The notes under the pieces were generated by a model. It did not search any database. It worked only from the letters and a program-made list of their open reading frames with translations, and was not told where the DNA came from. 40,649 bases of DNA from a virus (Duplodnaviria > Caudoviricetes). A program made the translations under genes and the position numbers. The DNA is taken from IMG/VR virus record IMGVR_UViG_3300037045_000370, positions 1-40,649 of that record. One strand, given 5' to 3'. Shown in pieces: positions 36,124 through 40,649 of this stretch. Position 1 is the first letter of the stretch. Each line of letters opens with the position of its first letter.

Positions 36124-36960
36124 CTACATAACTACGTATTCACTGGCTGGGTGAAGCATTTTGTTTGCAACTCTTAAACCATCTTTGATCTTCCCAACTG
36201 CTTCTAGGTACTCGGGAACGGTCATGTTTTTTTTACCGTTTTTCTTTATATGGTTGTTAATCAGGGTTTTAATATTGGTGTGATAGGCAATGTTATAAGC
36301 TTCGCGGAATTTACGCCAACCTTCAGCGTATAGTAAACCGTTTTTCTCGGAATAGCGGTTAATGGCCTTAATTAACTGCTGGCGTGAGGTTCCATTAGGG
36401 TCAACAGCATCAAGTTCATTGATTCTCTTATGGGCTAATTTAGCTTGCTCTTGGGCGGTAGCTGCCTGTACTTTTATATCATCAGTGCCCACTTCAACCT
36501 GGGTAAGCCGCTGCTCCATTTCGATCTGCTTATATCTCATGGCAATTATTGGATCGTTTAGAAGCTCAGTCGGCAAGTTGCTTTTCGAAGTTATGAAAGC
36601 TTCCGCCAAAACATCCTTAGCCTTAAGTTGATATTCAATCACCAGTTCTTGTACCTGAGTGTTTCCAATGATGCCAGCGTTAATTTTGGCTAACCACAGA
36701 GGCAAAAAGTTAATATCAATACAAAGAATCTCCTGCTGTCCACCGTTTGTAGGGAGGATGATTTTCCGTCCCCCTCTTAAGAGAACCGGATCAGCTTGAA
36801 TCTTCTGCATCTCGTTTTTACGTTGCCCTTCCGTTAACCCTATTCCTTCACATATCCAGCGAACTCCAGCATAGATATTTCTATCACTGCACTTAACCGC
36901 TATTAATTCTGTACCATTAAAATCAACTGACTTTTGCTCAATTGGGGTTAAATCGTTCAT
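36124..36960 (-). CDS. Antirepressor with P22 Ant N-terminal-like domain
   Basis: VDFNG..L, IY.GVRWICEGIGL, LPTNGG.QE, LPLWLAKI, EYQLKAKDVLA.AF. Confidence 0.85.
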   Translation of the reverse strand: MNDLTPIEQKSVDFNGTELIAVKCSDRNIYAGVRWICEGIGLTEGQRKNEMQKIQADPVLLRGGRKIILPTNGGQQEILCIDINFLPLWLAKINAGIIGNTQVQELVIEYQLKAKDVLAEAFITSKSNLPTELLNDPIIAMRYKQIEMEQRLTQVEVGTDDIKVQAATAQEQAKLAHKRINELDAVDPNGTSRQQLIKAINRYSEKNGLLYAEGWRKFREAYNIAYHTNIKTLINNHIKKNGKKNMTVPEYLEAVGKIKDGLRVANKMLHPASEYVVM

Positions 36961-37045
36961 CTGTGTTGTTTCTCCTCTCTTTTACAGGATTTTCCTCTTT
37001 TGTGTCGAAATGTTTAGCAAACTTATATTGAAAGAAGGAATACTT

Positions 37046-37294
37046 ATGCGTATTGGCTATTCAGGTGACGAACTTGCAAAATTAGGGTTACTTAACTACT
37101 CAGCAGCTCTGGGCGAATCATCCAAGGAAATCATGAAGGATCCTGCCCTGAACTGGTTAATGGATCAGGCTTTTCTCCAGAAGTTCTCAGAAATTGAAGC
37201 TCTTGTTTTAGCCGCTGCAGCGATGATTGAACAGAACAATCAGCTTGTGCAAAAGCAGCTTGAAGATCTGGGCGTTCTTCCCCGTCAGGAATAA
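37046..37294 (+). CDS. Counter-oriented hypothetical protein (82 aa)
   Basis: AAGGA RBS before ATG 37046; upstream AGGA-N17-GAAAT SigH-like site. Confidence 0.55.
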   Translation: MRIGYSGDELAKLGLLNYSAALGESSKEIMKDPALNWLMDQAFLQKFSEIEALVLAAAAMIEQNNQLVQKQLEDLGVLPRQE

Positions 37295-37655
37295 TTTGCT
37301 TGGCTCTGGCCTGAGCCATTTCAATCATTTGTATCCGTGCTTTGATTGCCTTTTCGCGGATTTTATCTGGGTGGACTGGGTATATTCTCTCTAACTCGGC
37401 CACCCTTGCTTCCAACTGGACAAATCTCTCATCTATTGTCATATCTCGCTCCTCTGAGCAATTGCCTGTAGAACAAGCAGTACCGCTAGCGTTAACAACC
37501 TGACCATCTTTCCCACAACAACTACCGATAGAAGCATCCGTCTTCTCCTCTCTTTTATATATTGGAAACTTGTCCTGATAATCCTCATAAATCCCACAAT
37601 GTTTGCAATGCCGCCTCTGATCAAATTCGCTTGGTACCCAAATGTGTTCTGACAT
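37131..37655 (-). CDS. Hypothetical Cys-containing protein
   Basis: AGGAGG RBS; H.W...CKHCG zinc-ribbon-like N-terminus; 3' part overlaps the plus-strand ORF. Confidence 0.5.
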   Translation of the reverse strand: MSEHIWVPSEFDQRRHCKHCGIYEDYQDKFPIYKREEKTDASIGSCCGKDGQVVNASGTACSTGNCSEERDMTIDERFVQLEARVAELERIYPVHPDKIREKAIKARIQMIEMAQARAKQIIPDGEERPDLQAAFAQADCSVQSSLQRLKQELQFLRTSGEKPDPLTSSGQDPS

Positions 37656-37667
37656 AGTTACATCCTC

Positions 37668-37895
37668 CTATCCTTGTATTTTCCTTAGTTTGCCGTACTG
37701 CGGCTCTGGTTCACGGTGTATACTTTGGGCTTCCTGTTTATCAACCCAAGCGTCCAGCCCTTCTTGACTAAATAGCACCCTACGACCTACTTTTACACAA
37801 GGAATGAGGCCTTTCTTGGCTTTCTCTAGTAATGTCCAGTAAGAAATATGTAGGTAGCCGGCAGCCTCTTGAGCTTCCATCATATGACGTGACAT
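37668..37895 (-). CDS. Excisionase-like HTH DNA-binding protein
   Basis: EAAGYL.IS..TL......G.IP..KVGRRVLF....LD.W. Confidence 0.8.
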   Translation of the reverse strand: MSRHMMEAQEAAGYLHISYWTLLEKAKKGLIPCVKVGRRVLFSQEGLDAWVDKQEAQSIHREPEPQYGKLRKIQG

Positions 37896-37970
37896 TTATT
37901 CATCTCCTTTCAAGCTAATCAATAACCGTCAGGCTTGGCACATAATAATTAGTTAAAATATATTACATAC

Positions 37971-38216
37971 TTATATCGCTTGCTTCTCATGGGGTTCCCC
38001 AAATATATCTTCCATAGAAACCTTAAAAGCTATCGCAATGGCACGTTTACTATTAAATCTAGGTATGGTACGACCCATTTCCCAAAGCCAATAATTTTTC
38101 TTAGTTGTACCGCATTCTCGCGCGGCTACTTCTTGAGACCAATCTTTTGCAATCCTTAATACTTCCAGTTTTTTATTCCATGGCAAGGCCCTTACTAAAT
38201 CTAATATTGCAGTCAT
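37971..38216 (-). CDS. Cro-like XRE regulator
   Basis: LR....WSQ..AA..CG......WE.G...P; divergent from the repressor. Confidence 0.85.
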   Translation of the reverse strand: MTAILDLVRALPWNKKLEVLRIAKDWSQEVAARECGTTKKNYWLWEMGRTIPRFNSKRAIAIAFKVSMEDIFGEPHEKQAI

Positions 38217-38242
38217 TTCACCACCTCCACCGTCGCCGTTTA

Positions 38243-38412
38243 TTTACGTCATTCATTGTTCTTGACGTTATATTACGTCAGCTCATTCGAAACGGCAACC
38301 ATTAAATGTCGTTTATTTGCGTCGCATTAGGTCGTTATATGTAATTTTAACCATCATGCTTCACCAGACTTGTATTTACGTCTATTTAATATTATAATGA
38401 CGTTAATAACGT
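38243..38412. promoter_or_regulatory. Lysis/lysogeny switch: divergent SigA promoters and operator half-sites
   Basis: Minus TTGCCG(38298)-N17-TAATAT(38270); plus TTGTAT(38370)-N17-TATAAT(38398); repeated TTACGTC/GACGTTA motifs overlap both. Confidence 0.75.
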
Positions 38413-38434
38413 ATTTATAAAGGGGGAATTTTAA

Positions 38435-39400
38435 GTGCCGTTAGGCAGAAAAGAGCTGGGTAATCGCATTAAGCTTGCCCGTGATGAAAGAGAGCGGAGG
38501 ACAGGAAATAAGTTTTCTCAAAAAGATTTAGCTTTATCTGTCAATAAATCTCGAAGCTATATTGGAGACCTGGAATCCGGGCGTACATATCCCAGTTACG
38601 CTCTTCTTAGCCGAATATCTGAAGCTTGTGACGTTCCGCTAAATTTTTTTGATACTGAGCAATCAGGGTTATGGGTAAAACAAAATCGAGAAAGGCAGAA
38701 TATGTCTATAGAAGATATCTCTCTAGAAGCGACTATACCCGTCGATGTACTTCAGCAGATTGAGGCAGGCCATGTTATAAATGGTGTGACATTAGTACAG
38801 TGGATGAAGATTGGTGAAGTATTGGGACTTACTAATGAAGAAACTATGAAGTATATATTTGAAGACACAATATATCAATCCTTTTTTAAAAACGATGGAA
38901 ATAATAAGAATTTAAACAATATTAAAAATATACTTCTAAATGACTTTAATAACGATTCACATATTCTGCACAAAAAGGTAGGGGCTATTCCATTTGACCC
39001 GGAATCCATAATTATGCTTCCTGTTTATGGCAAAATAGCAGCTGGTATTCCTATAACAGCTAATCAAGAAAACGATTTCTATCCACTAGACACTCGGTTT
39101 ATTAGTCTTAATGGATATTCACAAGATGACTTTTTTTTCCTTCGAGTCCAGGGAGATAGTATGGAACCTGGTATATTTAATAAAGATCTAGTTTTAGTAA
39201 GGTCACAGCCAGCAGTTGAAACTAATGAAGTAGCTGTCATTCTTTATAACGGAGAAGATGCCACGATAAAAAGAGTTACCGTGGCCGGAGATAAAATTGT
39301 TCTTAACTCAGACAACAAGAATTATCCCCCGCAAATATACAATGCAGTTGATTGTCGGATCTTAGGCAAAGTATTGCAACGTATTGGGAAGGTGGTGTGA
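38435..39400 (+). CDS. CI-like repressor: two XRE HTH domains plus S24 autopeptidase
   Basis: HTH1 SQKDLA...SRSYIGDLESG; HTH2 MSIEDIS......LQQIEAG; IAAG cleavage site, GDSM (Ser), ATIK (Lys). Confidence 0.9.
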   Translation: MPLGRKELGNRIKLARDERERRTGNKFSQKDLALSVNKSRSYIGDLESGRTYPSYALLSRISEACDVPLNFFDTEQSGLWVKQNRERQNMSIEDISLEATIPVDVLQQIEAGHVINGVTLVQWMKIGEVLGLTNEETMKYIFEDTIYQSFFKNDGNNKNLNNIKNILLNDFNNDSHILHKKVGAIPFDPESIIMLPVYGKIAAGIPITANQENDFYPLDTRFISLNGYSQDDFFFLRVQGDSMEPGIFNKDLVLVRSQPAVETNEVAVILYNGEDATIKRVTVAGDKIVLNSDNKNYPPQIYNAVDCRILGKVLQRIGKVV

Positions 39401-39404
39401 TGGT

Positions 39405-40649
39405 ATGGAAGAATCAAAACAAAAACAAACAATAGGTTATTATCGGAAACGTGGTAAAGATTCTTATGAATTAGATTATCGACGGAATCGAAAAACCGTT
39501 AAGGCCAAAAATGATACTGAAGCTGCGCGATTACTCGCAAGGTTTATTTCCGAAATAGATTCAGGTAAGTTCCGGAAGCCTTCTAAAATGACCTTAAAGC
39601 AACTATCAGACCGTTTTTTGCGTGACAATCCTGAGCTATCCACAGCCACCAAGAATAACTATGAAATACACCTAAAAGAACGGATACTTCCTTCTTTAGG
39701 GGATAACAAAATTGATAAAATTAAACCAACTCATATTTATGATTTTCTGAATAATCTCAAAGAAGATGGCATAAGGAAAGACGGGAAGCCAGGTGGTTTA
39801 GGAGCAGCAACTATAAAAAAGAATTACAATATTCTTTCGTCAATGTTCTCTTTTGCGGTTGAATTGGGAGAATTAGAAGATAACCCATGCGTAAAGGTTA
39901 AACCTCCTAAGATACCTAAAAGGAAACCGGTAAGTCTTGAAAAAGACCTAGCTATTCAATTGCTTCAAGCCCTAGCTAACGAATCGTTAAAATATAAAGT
40001 AATGGTGTTACTTGCTGCCTGCACAGGTATGCGCCGGGGTGAAATTCTAGGTATTGGAGACAGTACTCTAAATATAGATAATTGTGCAGTTATAATCGAC
40101 CAAGCAACCAGGCATATCGCAGGAGTAGGAATATACTTAAAAGATCCTAAAACAGATGGTAGTATAAGAGCTATTCCACTTCCCCCCAGTATTATGCCGC
40201 TAATTTCAGAGATGATAAATGCTAGGGATCTACAACGCAAAAAATGCGGAGATAAATGGGTTGCTAAAATATTAAAAGAAAGTGAATTGGTTGAAAACGA
40301 TTTACTTTTCACGCAGTGGAATGGAAAACCAATGCATCCCAATACAGTTGATGGATGGTTTAAAAAGTTTAAAGAAGATAATAACTTGCCGGAAAACCTG
40401 ACATTTCATGGGCTTAGACATACTAATATCACCCTATTATTGAAGTCCGGGATAGACGTAGGAACTGTTGCTGACAATTCTGGGCACACAAAGAAATCAA
40501 CAACATTAGATTATGATGATCCTTCTCCTGAAGCTTTGCGTGAAGTTGCCAATAAAATAAATACCGTTCTAAACCTTCAAGAAACTGTGCCCGGCCTATT
40601 AAATTTCCCTGTAAATATCTATCGATTAAAAAAGAAAAAATCTATGTGA
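39405..40649 (+). CDS. int: Prophage integrase (tyrosine recombinase)
   Basis: Arm and core-binding regions; TGMRRGE, PKT, FHGLRHT, GH....TT.DY; probable start ATG 39405. Confidence 0.93.
   Translation: MEESKQKQTIGYYRKRGKDSYELDYRRNRKTVKAKNDTEAARLLARFISEIDSGKFRKPSKMTLKQLSDRFLRDNPELSTATKNNYEIHLKERILPSLGDNKIDKIKPTHIYDFLNNLKEDGIRKDGKPGGLGAATIKKNYNILSSMFSFAVELGELEDNPCVKVKPPKIPKRKPVSLEKDLAIQLLQALANESLKYKVMVLLAACTGMRRGEILGIGDSTLNIDNCAVIIDQATRHIAGVGIYLKDPKTDGSIRAIPLPPSIMPLISEMINARDLQRKKCGDKWVAKILKESELVENDLLFTQWNGKPMHPNTVDGWFKKFKEDNNLPENLTFHGLRHTNITLLLKSGIDVGTVADNSGHTKKSTTLDYDDPSPEALREVANKINTVLNLQETVPGLLNFPVNIYRLKKKKSM

Larger units (their letters stand above)
1735..40649. mobile_element. Temperate prophage with podovirus (P22-like) virion module, integrated at tRNA-Val; right att is beyond the window end
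   Basis: att core at left, integrase at right, ordered lysogeny, replication, packaging, head, short-tail and lysis modules between. Confidence 0.9.

Overview
Almost the whole window (about 1735 to beyond 40649) is one temperate prophage of a spore-forming Firmicute; the host assignment is inferred from SigK/SigH/LexA-type sites and Cu-amine-oxidase-N cell-surface domains. It is integrated in a tRNA-Val(GAC) gene, whose displaced 3' half (att core) lies at 1735-1780. From right to left it carries: integrase, S24 repressor/Cro switch, excisionase-like gene, antirepressor, O-like initiator with iterons, DnaB-like helicase, YopX, RinA/ArpU-like activator, a small Tyr recombinase with paired palindromes, TerS/TerL, P22-like portal, three glycosyltransferases, scaffold, capsid, podovirus-type adaptor/nozzle/fibre and ejection proteins (no tape measure or tail tube), a lysis cassette with a papain-like protease and an amidase, and an accessory end with two more Tyr recombinases, each preceded by a structured leader. 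Outside the att site is a separate holin-amidase cassette behind a SigK-type promoter. Most notable: (i) a ~350-nt strand-biased multi-hairpin element upstream of a compact Tyr recombinase; (ii) an SOS-controlled cloverleaf leader RNA whose loop can pair with the RBS of a XerD-like gene; (iii) a three-glycosyltransferase cassette coupled to the portal gene; (iv) a nozzle gene split by an appendage cassette with a duplicated acidic-aromatic motif. Family calls are by motif recognition only; no database search was run.
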